Origin: an uncultured Ruminococcus sp. | GTDB lineage: Bacteria; Bacillota; Clostridia; Oscillospirales; Acutalibacteraceae | Direction: 5' to 3' | DNA: 52,577 nucleotides | Assembly: GCA_902773025.1 (NCBI GenBank) | Contig: CACYDC010000183.1 | Span: 1-52,577 of the forward strand | In this document: in pieces, positions 10,512 to 19,641 of the stretch | Layout: each line of letters begins with the position of its first letter | Numbering within the stretch: the stretch's first letter is position 1 | Made by a program: the position numbers and the translations under genes | The notes under the pieces: model-generated | What the model saw: only the letters and a program-made list of their open reading frames with translations | Told to the model about the DNA's origin: nothing | Databases searched by the model: none

Positions 10512-10988
10512 ATGGCTAATATTATGGGAAAGTTTAAAAGTATACTCAGACAGCCTGAGGATGAGGTTGAGTATGATGATTTTTATGATGATACAGAAAC
10601 AGCAGAGGATACCTCATCAGCAGAAGATAACTATGACGATGCGGGTGCAGGTGACAGCGGAAATGATGATTCTTCAAGCAGCAATGTAATGAATATGAAC
10701 AGCGGTGCAAGTGTACAGTTTGTTCTGTTCAAGCCGGAAGCGTTTGATCCGTCTGTAAAGGAAATGGCTAATGAGCTTATGCAAATGCATACAGTTATCC
10801 TGAATGTAGAGGATACAAATAAGGATGTATCAAGAAGAATAATAGACTTTCTTGGCGGCGTGGCATATGCGAATAACGGCAATGTAAAAAAAGTGGCAGA
10901 GGATACGTTTATCATTATGCCGAGTAATGTTACACTCTCCGGACAGGATGCAATGGATGAGGTCGGCAGCGATAATGTATATTTCTGA
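10512..10988 (+). CDS. sepF: Cell division protein SepF
   Basis: Acidic N-terminal linker plus a conserved SepF C-terminal domain (VLFKPEAFDP...IDFLGGVAYA). Synteny yggS-sepF-divIVA. Confidence 0.85.
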   Translation: MANIMGKFKSILRQPEDEVEYDDFYDDTETAEDTSSAEDNYDDAGAGDSGNDDSSSSNVMNMNSGASVQFVLFKPEAFDPSVKEMANELMQMHTVILNVEDTNKDVSRRIIDFLGGVAYANNGNVKKVAEDTFIIMPSNVTLSGQDAMDEVGSDNVYF

Positions 10989-11035
10989 TTGCCGGTCGAT
11001 TACGATCTGAAAAATGAAACGGAAAGGGAACAGTA

Positions 11036-11947
11036 ATGATAACTTTACAGGAAATCGAAAATATTTCACTGCGAAAATCCGGTCTTGGCGGATATAAGAT
11101 CGAGGATGTAGACAGCTTTATAGATAATGTGATAGAAAAGGTAAGAAGTCTTGAGTTGGAAAATAAGGAACTGGAAAGCCGTATAGCGGCTCAGGATAAG
11201 GAGATACAGGATTACAAGGAGCAGGAGGATGTACTGCAAAGTGTACTTGTAAGCGCCCAGATGACTGCAAAGCAGGTTATTACAGAAGCAAACAAAAAGG
11301 CTGATAGTAAGATAACACAGTCACAGGAAAAGGCAGATAAGCTGCTTGCCGAAGCAAAAGAAGAATCCGAAAAGATCGTCAATGATGCTAAGGAGAGAGC
11401 CGATAAGATCAATGCAGAAACTGATGCAAAAACAAATGCATTGTTGAATGAGGCATTAGCTGAATCATCTGCAAAGATAGAAGAGAATAATAAAATACTG
11501 GATACACAGAAGAGAAATATCCTAAAACTCATGGGCGAGGCAAATAAATTCAAGAATACTCTTCTTATAGCGTATAAAGAGCATCTGAGCCTGATAAATT
11601 CAATTGCCAAAGGGAATGATCTGAAAAGCAAAAAACAAGAGCTTGATAAGAATTACCCTGCAATGAAGGGCAATGAACCTGCTGAACAGGATGAGAAAAA
11701 AGAGACTGATGATACAAAAGCTCAGGATGAAAAGGAATCTGCTGTAAATGATGCTGCTGAAAATAAACAGTCAGAAAATCCAGAGAAGACTGCGTCTGCG
11801 GACAAGGAAGAGGTGACTTTTTCATCCTCAGAAGAAAATATCCGTAAGCCTGTTGTGATGAAAACAGAAGCATCTGAGGTTAAATTCGGAAGCGTAAGAG
11901 AGAACAGTTACGATAACAAGAAGAAAGACAACAAAAGGAAAAGATAA
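11036..11947 (+). CDS. divIVA: DivIVA domain-containing cell division/polarity protein
   Basis: N-terminal DivIVA lipid-binding motif (ITLQEIENISLRKSGLGGYKIEDVDSFID), a long coiled coil and a low-complexity tail. Confidence 0.85.
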   Translation: MITLQEIENISLRKSGLGGYKIEDVDSFIDNVIEKVRSLELENKELESRIAAQDKEIQDYKEQEDVLQSVLVSAQMTAKQVITEANKKADSKITQSQEKADKLLAEAKEESEKIVNDAKERADKINAETDAKTNALLNEALAESSAKIEENNKILDTQKRNILKLMGEANKFKNTLLIAYKEHLSLINSIAKGNDLKSKKQELDKNYPAMKGNEPAEQDEKKETDDTKAQDEKESAVNDAAENKQSENPEKTASADKEEVTFSSSEENIRKPVVMKTEASEVKFGSVRENSYDNKKKDNKRKR

Positions 11948-11956
11948 ATCTGATGT

Positions 11957-12152
11957 TTTAACCGCAAAGTGTGTTTTGCCGGGTTTCTTCTGCCGGTATG
12001 GTCGGTGTTTCTGCTTACTCAGAGGTGTCCGCAGTATATCTGCGCCCTGTAAGACGGCGTGCGGCTGTATTTGGTCAAGTGGAAGTTGGGTTTTTCAATT
12101 AAACACAGCGTGTGTGCGGCTTGACTTTGCTTGTTGAAAGCAAAGCTTTTAA
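11957..12152 (+). repeat. Copy of the AACCGCAAAGT / TTGCTTGTTGAAAGCAAAGCTTTT intergenic cassette, with a ~150-nt GC-rich insert between the two conserved ends
   Basis: Exact 11-mer at 11960-11970 and exact 24-mer at 12127-12150. Both are shared with 29485-29552. Confidence 0.7.
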
Positions 12153-12225
12153 TCAATTATCTTATTCAGGCATTAAGCGGTGTATCTCTGCGGATGCACC
12201 GCTTTGACATTTAAGGGGGTCAGCT

Positions 12226-12720
12226 ATGACTACGGCAATAGTTCTTTCAGCAGCTGCTTTGATAGCAGGTGTTGATCAGATCATAAAGTACTATATATAT
12301 GCTAATCTTCGTCCAATAGGCAGAATGACCGTAATAGATAATTTGCTGACATTGGTGTATTCTGAAAACAAAGGGGCAGCATTCGGGATATTTCAGGACG
12401 GTACATTGTTTTTTATAATAATAACGTCATTGCTAATAGGAGTTTTTTTATATCTGCTTATAACTAAAAAATTCAAAGGAAAAATGTTTAATGTTTCAGT
12501 AGCTTTGATTCTTGGCGGTGGGATAGGCAATCTTATAGACAGAATATTCAGACATTTTGTAATAGATTATCTTTCGTTATCATTTTTCCCGCCTATCTGC
12601 AATTTTGCTGATTATTGTATAACTGTGGGCGCGGCAATATTTGTATTGAGTATGATGATTACTCCTGAAATAATAAAGGGTAGTAATGATAAAAAAGAAG
12701 AGGCATCTGAGAATGAATGA
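12226..12720 (+). CDS. lspA: Lipoprotein signal peptidase II
   Basis: NKGAAFG, GGGIGNLIDR and FNFADYCI motifs with four TM segments. Confidence 0.9.
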   Translation: MTTAIVLSAAALIAGVDQIIKYYIYANLRPIGRMTVIDNLLTLVYSENKGAAFGIFQDGTLFFIIITSLLIGVFLYLLITKKFKGKMFNVSVALILGGGIGNLIDRIFRHFVIDYLSLSFFPPICNFADYCITVGAAIFVLSMMITPEIIKGSNDKKEEASENE

Positions 12721-13621
12721 ATTAACATTTATCACGGATGAATCTGTATCAGGTGAAAGAATAGACACATATATTTCATTGAATACGGAACTTACACGGT
12801 CGGCTGTTCAGCGGCTGATAGAGAATGGAAATGTAACCGTGAATGAAAAGATACCAATGAAGAATTATAAGCTGAGAAAAGGGGACAGACTAAGTGTAAC
12901 GATCCCTAAGCCTGAGGAACCAGAGGCTGTTCCTGAGAAAATTCCTCTCAGGATAGAATATGAGGACGATGATCTGCTTGTTGTAAATAAACCAAAAGGT
13001 ATGGTTGTACATCCTGCGGCAGGTAATTACAGCGGCACACTTGTCAATGCACTATTGTATTACTGCAAGGATAGTCTATCAGGGATAAACGGTGTACTAA
13101 GACCCGGCATAGTTCATAGGATTGACAAAGATACCAGCGGATTGCTAATAGTTGCAAAAAATGATTTTTCTCATAATCTGCTTGCCGAACAAATCAGGGA
13201 GCATAGTTTTACAAGAAAGTATCAGGCAGTAGTTTACGGGAATTTCCGTGACGATGAGGGGACTGTTGATGCACCAATCGGCAGACATCCTACAGACAGG
13301 AAAAAAATGACCGTGACTGAAAAGAATTCCCGGAATGCTGTTACACATTACAAAGTTATTGGAAGATATAATGGATTTACTCATCTGGAGCTTACTCTGG
13401 AAACAGGTAGGACACATCAGATAAGGGTACATATGTCGCATATCGGACATCCGGTTGCAGGAGATTCGGTTTATGGCCCTAAAAAGGTAATAACATCTTT
13501 GAGAGGACAATGTCTTCATGCATATTATATATCATTTGTTCATCCCCGCACCGGCCGTACAATAACAATATCATCGGAATTGCCCGACTATTTCATAGAA
13601 TTTCTTGATAGTCTGTCTTAA
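12713..13621 (+). CDS. rluD: RluA/RluD family 23S rRNA pseudouridine synthase
   Basis: S4 domain, catalytic HRIDKDTSGLL and GRTHQIRVH. Start ATG 12713 overlaps the lspA stop. Confidence 0.9.
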   Translation: MNELTFITDESVSGERIDTYISLNTELTRSAVQRLIENGNVTVNEKIPMKNYKLRKGDRLSVTIPKPEEPEAVPEKIPLRIEYEDDDLLVVNKPKGMVVHPAAGNYSGTLVNALLYYCKDSLSGINGVLRPGIVHRIDKDTSGLLIVAKNDFSHNLLAEQIREHSFTRKYQAVVYGNFRDDEGTVDAPIGRHPTDRKKMTVTEKNSRNAVTHYKVIGRYNGFTHLELTLETGRTHQIRVHMSHIGHPVAGDSVYGPKKVITSLRGQCLHAYYISFVHPRTGRTITISSELPDYFIEFLDSLS

Positions 13622-13625
13622 AAAG

Positions 13626-13669
13626 AAACACACTGTAAAGTTCCATGACTAATACAGTGTGTTTTTTTT
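13626..13669. terminator. Bidirectional intrinsic terminator between convergent rluD and the lipoprotein gene
   Basis: AAACACACTGTA ... TACAGTGTGTTT stem, A-run on the 5' side and T-run on the 3' side. Confidence 0.8.
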
Positions 13670-13670
13670 A

Positions 13671-14300
13671 TTAAGAAAGAGATATTTTATTAAAAATATT
13701 TTCGTATTTGCTTTTGTTATCCTCTTTAAAGTACAGTACTGCTTCGTTGTAACCGTTATCGGTAATAATTGCTTTCATATACCGCAAAACCTTGTTATCT
13801 CCCGCATCAGTTGTATATCCCTTGCAAATAATATTCTTGCTGTCGTTAATATATACTTTATAATCGGGATAAGTGTTTTTGAGATAATCGACAAGGTCAT
13901 TGCGATTAATACCCTTATTATCTACAGCTTCAATCTGTAGGGAAGCGCTTCCGTCGGCATTGGTAAGAAAGATACCTGAGGGGTTTGTGTATTCTTTGTT
14001 CTGATAAGTAAATTCAGAAGAAAAAACAGCAGATATCTTTTTAGAAGTATCAGAATATTTAAGAAAACCGTTTTTATATTCCTCAATACTGTCAGGAATA
14101 GTATATTCTGATTCGCTTGATTCAATTAACTCAGATACGATTGAAACGCTGACTTCATCTTTTTTATGTACAATGGCAGATACTTTCTCTTCAGCCGAAG
14201 CAGTTTCATCTTCCTTTTCTGCTTTACTGCATCCGGCCGCCGAGGTTATGAGAATTGCAGCCGACAGAATAACTATTATTATTTTCATTGAATAAGTCAT
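13671..14300 (-). CDS. Putative lipoprotein of unknown function
   Basis: Signal peptide with lipobox (ILITSAAGC). No recognisable catalytic motif. Confidence 0.6.
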   Translation of the reverse strand: MTYSMKIIIVILSAAILITSAAGCSKAEKEDETASAEEKVSAIVHKKDEVSVSIVSELIESSESEYTIPDSIEEYKNGFLKYSDTSKKISAVFSSEFTYQNKEYTNPSGIFLTNADGSASLQIEAVDNKGINRNDLVDYLKNTYPDYKVYINDSKNIICKGYTTDAGDNKVLRYMKAIITDNGYNEAVLYFKEDNKSKYENIFNKISLS

Positions 14301-14328
14301 CCCCTGTAAAAATTTTTACTGTAATAAA

Positions 14329-16071
14329 CTATTTACCGTGTCTGGCGGAACTTCTGCGCATACCTTTTTTTCCGCCTTTGTTCTTACTATCAGCCTTACC
14401 GTGTGTTTTTTTATTATGTGATTTGTTATCCTGATGGATTTTTCTTAAACGGCCTGAGTCTTTCCTTTTTTCCTCATAAGGGATGACCTTAACAGGTTTT
14501 CCGCAAACCTTAGCGCCGTACATGCTATCAAGGACCTCGTCGATAGAATCTGTTGGAACTGAAACAATCGAACAGTCGTCATATATTTCAATTTTACCGA
14601 TATCTTTTCCGTGCAGGATACTTTTTTCTGTGATAGAAGCAACTATATGATTTGGAGCAACACGATTTGCTCTGCCGATATTAAGCATTATTTTGCTGTA
14701 ATCCTTGATTCCGTTTTCAGAGTACTGTTTCTTTTCGGCAGTAATATTCAGTATTTTTATTTCCTTATCACGGAAATGAAGCTGCAAAGCAGCAGCGGCG
14801 ATATCGAACAATGAATTTCCTTCGGAAAGAAGCATATTAACCATATCACGATACCTTTGGGCGATAGGTTCTTTCAGAGTCTGAGAAACCTTACGGATAT
14901 TGTCTTCGGCAATATGAAAATTAATATCATCACCTGTTGGCACAGGAATCTGATTAATATTGCTTTTTGTATTTTTAGCGATATCCAATAAAGAAATAAC
15001 CTGTCTTCTGCCGCTGCAAATTGTAACAGAATTACCCTCCTTGCCAATACGGCCGGTTCGGCCAATACGGTGAACATAATATTCGTTGTTCTGAGGGATA
15101 TCATAATTAAAAACATATTCAACATCAGTAACATCAATACCTCTTGCCGCAACATCTGTTGCAACAAGGACTGACAAACTGCCGTTTTTGAAACGCTCCA
15201 TAATGGCAGTACGCTGAGATTGTTTAAGATCTCCATGGAGAGCATCAGCATTAAATCCGCTTTGAATCAGAGAAGCAGCGATCTCCTCAGTAGTTTTTTT
15301 AGTATTACAGAATACCATAGAGAGTGATGGAGAGAAGTAATGCAGCAGAAGTTTAAGCGCATCTGTTTTTCTTCCCTGAGGAACATCCACATAGGATTGT
15401 TTTATATTATCCAGAGTAATATTTTTATTAACAGCGCTTATTATGAGCGGATCGACAAGAAATTCCTCAGTGATGGACATAATACTATCCGGCATTGTTG
15501 CAGAAAATAGTACAGTTTGTCTGTTGGCAGGAGTATCGCGGAGAATAGTTTCCATATCTTCTTTAAAACCCATGCTAAGCATTTCATCAGCTTCATCCAT
15601 AACTGCAAGTTTAACGCTGTCGAGTCTGAGAGTACGTCTGCGCATATGGTCCATTATACGTCCGGGAGTACCGATGACAATGTTAGCTCTTTTAAGCTTA
15701 GTAATCTGTCTGTCCATAGGAGCACCGCCATAGACTTCGACTGGTCTGATACCTTCACAGTATTTTGTAAGTTTTTTTATTTCGTTGCAGCATTGTATAG
15801 CAAGTTCTCTTGTGGGAAGCATAATGATTGCGAGAACTCTGGATTTATCTTTTTGAGCATTTATCATTTCTATTGCAGGAATAGCAAAGGCCATTGTTTT
15901 ACCTGTACCGGTCTGAGACCGGCCGATAATATCGACACCGCTGCGCATAGCCGGAATTGCCTGCAACTGAATATCGGTAGGGTATTCAAATCCCATATCT
16001 GCGATTGAGCGATTTAATTGCTCAGACAGATTGAACTGTTCAAAACCGTTAATTTGCTTTTCTGAAGTCAT
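14329..16071 (-). CDS. DEAD-box ATP-dependent RNA helicase with DbpA-type C-terminal RNA-binding domain and basic tail
   Basis: Q motif, SQTGTGKT, DEAD (MDEADEM), SAT and HRIGRTGR. Confidence 0.92.
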   Translation of the reverse strand: MTSEKQINGFEQFNLSEQLNRSIADMGFEYPTDIQLQAIPAMRSGVDIIGRSQTGTGKTMAFAIPAIEMINAQKDKSRVLAIIMLPTRELAIQCCNEIKKLTKYCEGIRPVEVYGGAPMDRQITKLKRANIVIGTPGRIMDHMRRRTLRLDSVKLAVMDEADEMLSMGFKEDMETILRDTPANRQTVLFSATMPDSIMSITEEFLVDPLIISAVNKNITLDNIKQSYVDVPQGRKTDALKLLLHYFSPSLSMVFCNTKKTTEEIAASLIQSGFNADALHGDLKQSQRTAIMERFKNGSLSVLVATDVAARGIDVTDVEYVFNYDIPQNNEYYVHRIGRTGRIGKEGNSVTICSGRRQVISLLDIAKNTKSNINQIPVPTGDDINFHIAEDNIRKVSQTLKEPIAQRYRDMVNMLLSEGNSLFDIAAAALQLHFRDKEIKILNITAEKKQYSENGIKDYSKIMLNIGRANRVAPNHIVASITEKSILHGKDIGKIEIYDDCSIVSVPTDSIDEVLDSMYGAKVCGKPVKVIPYEEKRKDSGRLRKIHQDNKSHNKKTHGKADSKNKGGKKGMRRSSARHGK

Positions 16072-16114
16072 TTTTGTTCCTCATTCCTATTCGTTTTCTC
16101 ATATTCAATTTTAC

Positions 16115-16143
16115 ATTTTAGCAGACTAATCATTATTTGTCAA
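16115..16143 (-). promoter_or_regulatory. Sigma-A type promoter for the DEAD-box helicase gene
   Basis: On the minus strand, TTGACA, 17 nt, TAAAAT, about 40 nt upstream of the start codon. Confidence 0.6.
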
Positions 16144-16144
16144 A

Positions 16145-16323
16145 CTAACCGCGGCCGGTGCCGCCCATGGAAATCAATTTTCTTCATCAGAATATTGGGA
16201 ATCTGTCCCAAACCCTGCCGGAGGAAACCTTTTTTTAGAAAAAAAGGTTATCCCCCGGACCCCTTTCAAAAAAACTTGTGTTTATTCTATTAAAAAGGTA
16301 CAATTTTTTGAAAATTGATTTCC
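16145..16323 (+). repeat. Palindromic MITE/REP-like element, copy A
   Basis: Perfect 14-bp terminal inverted repeats (16169-16182 GGAAATCAATTTTC; 16310-16323 GAAAATTGATTTCC). Central long hairpin at 16218-16258. A second copy lies at 22882-23048 in the opposite orientation. Confidence 0.8.
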
Positions 16324-16394
16324 GCCGGCGCACTCCGCGGAGTGCGAAATCTCCTTTTTTCCGAAAATCGTATGTGTTATTCTTTCTGGCAGAA

Positions 16395-17297
16395 TTACAA
16401 AACTAAGGAAAGTACAAGCATTTCTTTTATCTTATTATAAATTGATTCCAGTTCACTTACAGGCAAAGGATTAATTCCTTTGCCTATTTCTACAGTGAAG
16501 GAAGGTCTGCGGAATTTTTGTACAAACCAATCCTTGAAACCTCCGCCGACAGCAAGTCCTTGGGGTTCACTGATTTTATATCCGCTGACTGATGCCATGG
16601 CCTGAGCCATTTTATAAGCCTCATCGTCATGATAATCCCCGAAACTCCAGTATATTTCTTCTCCCTGACTGTGCATGGCGATCGCATGGGAAATATTTCC
16701 GGCGCGGCAATATGAAGCAATTGTACGGCTTTCGGGTTCACTTTCAGGAAAACTTCCTCCATATCTCGTTGCTGAAGGTCCTGTTATTCCATTGCGTATC
16801 TCGGCTTCGTGAAGTTTTTCCCATTCCGCCGAAAAGTTATGGTTGATATCTACTCCGGCGGCATTAGCCTGCCATGCTGATGTATCTCCAAGACACGCTT
16901 TTTCTACAAGCTCCTTGTATTCACCTGCGGCTTCTGCTCCGTGAAGCTGAATTTCAACTCCGTCCGGATTTACACATGGAATAAGGGCTAATCCACGCAT
17001 ATTCAGGAATGTACCTATACGGATTCCGCAAATAACTGAACCGCTTTTGACTGCTGTGCAAATATCATGTGTAAATCTTAAAAGAATACCGGTAGTCAGC
17101 CATTCCATTCCATGAAATGCTCCGGCAATCAAAACCTGTTTGTCCCTGCTTCCGATACAAAGCATATCAATAGGTCTTGAACATCTGCTTTCACCGATAG
17201 TTTCTCTTGATAAAAAACCGTTTTCAAGCATCAGACCTCCGATAATAGATTCTCTTGTTTTTCTGTCAAATGGTGATTCAAAAAGATAATTGTTCAT
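16395..17297 (-). CDS. M14 family zinc carboxypeptidase-like peptidase (gamma-D-glutamyl-meso-diaminopimelate peptidase type)
   Basis: FHGMEW (HxxE zinc site), VNPDG and a downstream His. Start set at MNNYLF behind RBS AAGGGAG; the track ORF extends to 17315. Confidence 0.75.
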   Translation of the reverse strand: MNNYLFESPFDRKTRESIIGGLMLENGFLSRETIGESRCSRPIDMLCIGSRDKQVLIAGAFHGMEWLTTGILLRFTHDICTAVKSGSVICGIRIGTFLNMRGLALIPCVNPDGVEIQLHGAEAAGEYKELVEKACLGDTSAWQANAAGVDINHNFSAEWEKLHEAEIRNGITGPSATRYGGSFPESEPESRTIASYCRAGNISHAIAMHSQGEEIYWSFGDYHDDEAYKMAQAMASVSGYKISEPQGLAVGGGFKDWFVQKFRRPSFTVEIGKGINPLPVSELESIYNKIKEMLVLSLVL

Positions 17298-17329
17298 AAG
17301 TATATCTCCCTTCATTTATTATGTTAAAT

Positions 17330-17374
17330 CTATGCTTTCAACAAGCAAAGGCAAGCCGTAGGCTTGCTGCGGTT
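17330..17374 (-). repeat. Short copy of the AACCGCA-hairpin-TTGCTTGTTGAAAGCA cassette in the 5' leader of the M14 peptidase gene
   Basis: The minus strand reads AACCGCA GCAAGCC-TAC-GGCTTGC CTTTGCTTGTTGAAAGCATAG. Confidence 0.65.
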
Positions 17375-17386
17375 ATAAAACAGTAT

Positions 17387-17415
17387 AGTATAAGTTTGTA
17401 CGATAAAGTTGTCAT
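17387..17415 (-). promoter_or_regulatory. Putative sigma-A promoter for the M14 peptidase gene
   Basis: Minus strand ATGACA, 17 nt, TATACT. The -10 region and the 12 nt downstream resemble the region downstream of the 29443-29471 promoter. Confidence 0.45.
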
Positions 17416-17469
17416 AATAAATACCTACAAATTTATCTTCATAGGGTGTAATATAAGTGAAATTGCTAA

Positions 17470-17498
17470 TTGACAATGTTCTGTATTTTTCGTATTAT
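17470..17498 (+). promoter_or_regulatory. Putative sigma-A promoter for the CNNM-family transporter gene
   Basis: TTGACA, 17 nt, TATTAT. Confidence 0.55.
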
Positions 17499-17533
17499 AA
17501 AAAAGATATTATGAGCAAGAGGGGTTTTTATCT

Positions 17534-18946
17534 ATGGCGGATTCTTCCGACAGTAATAATATGATATTTTTGTTATTCTGTTATAGCGGAAATAGTACTG
17601 TAATAAGCGTGTGTTTATTCCTGATTGCATTGTTTTTATCAGCAAGCTTTGTTGTTTCACTATACATGGGAGCAATTGAAAGCTGCTCTGCAAGTATATT
17701 AAAAAAACAGTCAGAAGCCGGAAAGAAGCAATCTCTTAAAGCAATGAAATATGTCGAAGAAGATACAAGGTTCAGACGCAGTGCTCGGATTATCTCTTTT
17801 ATTGGTATTGCAACTGCTGAATTTTTAACAGAATATATATCGCTCTATTCAGTATGCGGAATACTTGCTTCACTTGTTCACAATAAGATGATATCTGCAA
17901 TTCTTGCACCGGTTTTGATATTTATAATAACAGTGATAATGTTTGTATTGATTTTTTCGCTGTTACCTGAGAAGCTCGGTGAAAAAAATGCTGATTCGGC
18001 AATTATTAGGGCAGCAAATGTGTTTTCGATTACAAATGCGCTCTTTCGTCCTATAACTGCACCGATTATGTTTCTTTCTGATATTATTGTCGGAGTTTCG
18101 GAAAAAAATACGGAGAAAGGCTCAAATCAGCTCACTGAAGATGAAATAATGCTGATGGTTGACGAAGGAGAAGAAAACGGATTTATTGAAGGCAATACCA
18201 AGGATATGATTGAAAATGTTTTTGAATTTGATGATACATCAGTGGGAGAAATAATGACTCACCGTAAGGATGTAATAGCCGTCCGGGATGATGCAAGGAT
18301 AACGGATGTAGTCGAAACAGCAATCAGAAGCGGCAGATCGAGGATGCCGGTATATCATGAGGATATAGATGATATTGTCGGGATAATACACGTAAAGGAT
18401 CTGCTGAAATTTGTCAGCACAAATGCTCCCAAGGGAAAAATAGGAAAAGATATAATAAAGAAAGCAGTATTTGTACCTGAATCAAAGAGATGCAGTGAAA
18501 TGTTTGAATATATGACTTCACATAAGACACAGATAGCAGTAGTCGTGGATGAGTTCGGAGGAACAGGCGGCATAATAACAATGGAGGATCTGATAGAGTC
18601 TATAGTCGGAAGTATACAGGATGAATACGATAATGAGGATGATGATATAAAACAACTCAGTGCCCACAGTTTTACAGTGGATGGAGCAACACCGCTTGAT
18701 GAAATAACAGAGCTTACAGGGATATCGTTTGAAGATGAAGAAAATGATACGATTGCCGGAGTGATACTGGATAAGCTTGGCTATATACCGAAAAACAGCG
18801 AACATCCGTCAATAGATATAGGAAAAACAAGATTTACGGTCCAGGAAGTTGAAAATCGCAGAATAGCAAAGGTAATAATAGTAAAAAGAAAAGAAAATAA
18901 TGGATCAGAGAATAAAAAAGCGATAGCTAAAAAAGAAAATCATTAA
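17534..18946 (+). CDS. CNNM/HlyC/CorC family transporter (DUF21 - CBS pair - CorC_HlyC)
   Basis: N-terminal multi-TM DUF21 region, tandem CBS domains (MTHRKDV..., IAVVVDEFGGTGGIITMEDL) and a CorC C-terminal domain. Confidence 0.88.
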   Translation: MADSSDSNNMIFLLFCYSGNSTVISVCLFLIALFLSASFVVSLYMGAIESCSASILKKQSEAGKKQSLKAMKYVEEDTRFRRSARIISFIGIATAEFLTEYISLYSVCGILASLVHNKMISAILAPVLIFIITVIMFVLIFSLLPEKLGEKNADSAIIRAANVFSITNALFRPITAPIMFLSDIIVGVSEKNTEKGSNQLTEDEIMLMVDEGEENGFIEGNTKDMIENVFEFDDTSVGEIMTHRKDVIAVRDDARITDVVETAIRSGRSRMPVYHEDIDDIVGIIHVKDLLKFVSTNAPKGKIGKDIIKKAVFVPESKRCSEMFEYMTSHKTQIAVVVDEFGGTGGIITMEDLIESIVGSIQDEYDNEDDDIKQLSAHSFTVDGATPLDEITELTGISFEDEENDTIAGVILDKLGYIPKNSEHPSIDIGKTRFTVQEVENRRIAKVIIVKRKENNGSENKKAIAKKENH

Positions 18947-18951
18947 AAAAC

Positions 18952-18980
18952 TTGCATTTTTATCTTAGGTATAGTATAAT
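18952..18980 (+). promoter_or_regulatory. Putative sigma-A promoter for efp
   Basis: TTGCAT, 17 nt, TATAAT. Confidence 0.55.
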
Positions 18981-19056
18981 TAACAAAGCGTATTTGCTGA
19001 ATTGTTCCGACAAAGCTCGGGATTAAATTGATAAACTTTTTTGGGAGGATTTTTAA

Positions 19057-19614
19057 ATGATTACAGCAGGCGATTTCAGAAACGGTGTTACATTTGATAT
19101 GGATGGACAGGTAGTTACCATTATTGAATTCCAGCACGTAAAGCCCGGTAAGGGAGCAGCGTTCGTTCGTACAAAGATCAGAAATGTTATCACCGGTGCA
19201 GTGGTAGAAAAAACCTTTAACCCTAATGATAAATATCCGACGGCCTTTATTGAGAGAAAGGACATGGAATATATTTATAATGACGGCGAGCTTTATTATT
19301 TCATGGACAGCGAAACATATGAGCAGACACCTATCAATGCAAGCGTACTCGGAGATAACTTCAAGTTTGTAAAGGAAAATATGGTATGTAAGATCATGTC
19401 ATATAAGGGAAATGTTTTCGGAGTAGAGCCTCCGACATTCGTGCAGCTTGAGGTAACACAGACAGAGCCGGGTGTAAAGGGAGATACGGCAACAAACGTA
19501 ACAAAGCCTGCAGTACTTGAAACGGGCGCAGAGATAAAGGTTCCGATCTTTATAAATGAGGGCGATAAGATTCAGATAGATACAAGAACCGGGGAGTATA
19601 TGTCAAGAGCTTAA
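19057..19614 (+). CDS. efp: Elongation factor P
   Basis: 185 aa, [13 protein letters not shown]..., with the conserved [12 protein letters not shown] loop. Confidence 0.95.
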   Translation: MITAGDFRNGVTFDMDGQVVTIIEFQHVKPGKGAAFVRTKIRNVITGAVVEKTFNPNDKYPTAFIERKDMEYIYNDGELYYFMDSETYEQTPINASVLGDNFKFVKENMVCKIMSYKGNVFGVEPPTFVQLEVTQTEPGVKGDTATNVTKPAVLETGAEIKVPIFINEGDKIQIDTRTGEYMSRA

Positions 19615-19641
19615 TTACCCGTTATAATGGAGGAAATAAAT

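Noticed and set aside
10471-10689. 72-aa ORF overlapping the yggS end and the sepF start
   Set aside because: It is an alternative frame of sepF, whose own frame has a strong RBS (AGGAGG) and a conserved C-terminal domain.
12134-12162. Possible lspA promoter inside the 24-mer block (TTGAAA-17-TTATCT)
   Set aside because: The -10 box is poor and the other copies of the block have no matching -10, so it is not reported as a feature.
11948-12225. T-box leader, since ileS with a T-box follows divIVA in Bacillus
   Set aside because: No T-box consensus (…GGTGGTACCGCG-type) is present and no aminoacyl-tRNA synthetase gene lies downstream. The region is better explained by the repeat cassette.
15517-16008. 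163-aa plus-strand ORF, plus the 15443-15733 ORF
   Set aside because: Both are fully antisense to the well-supported DEAD-box helicase gene, with no RBS and low-complexity, atypical composition.
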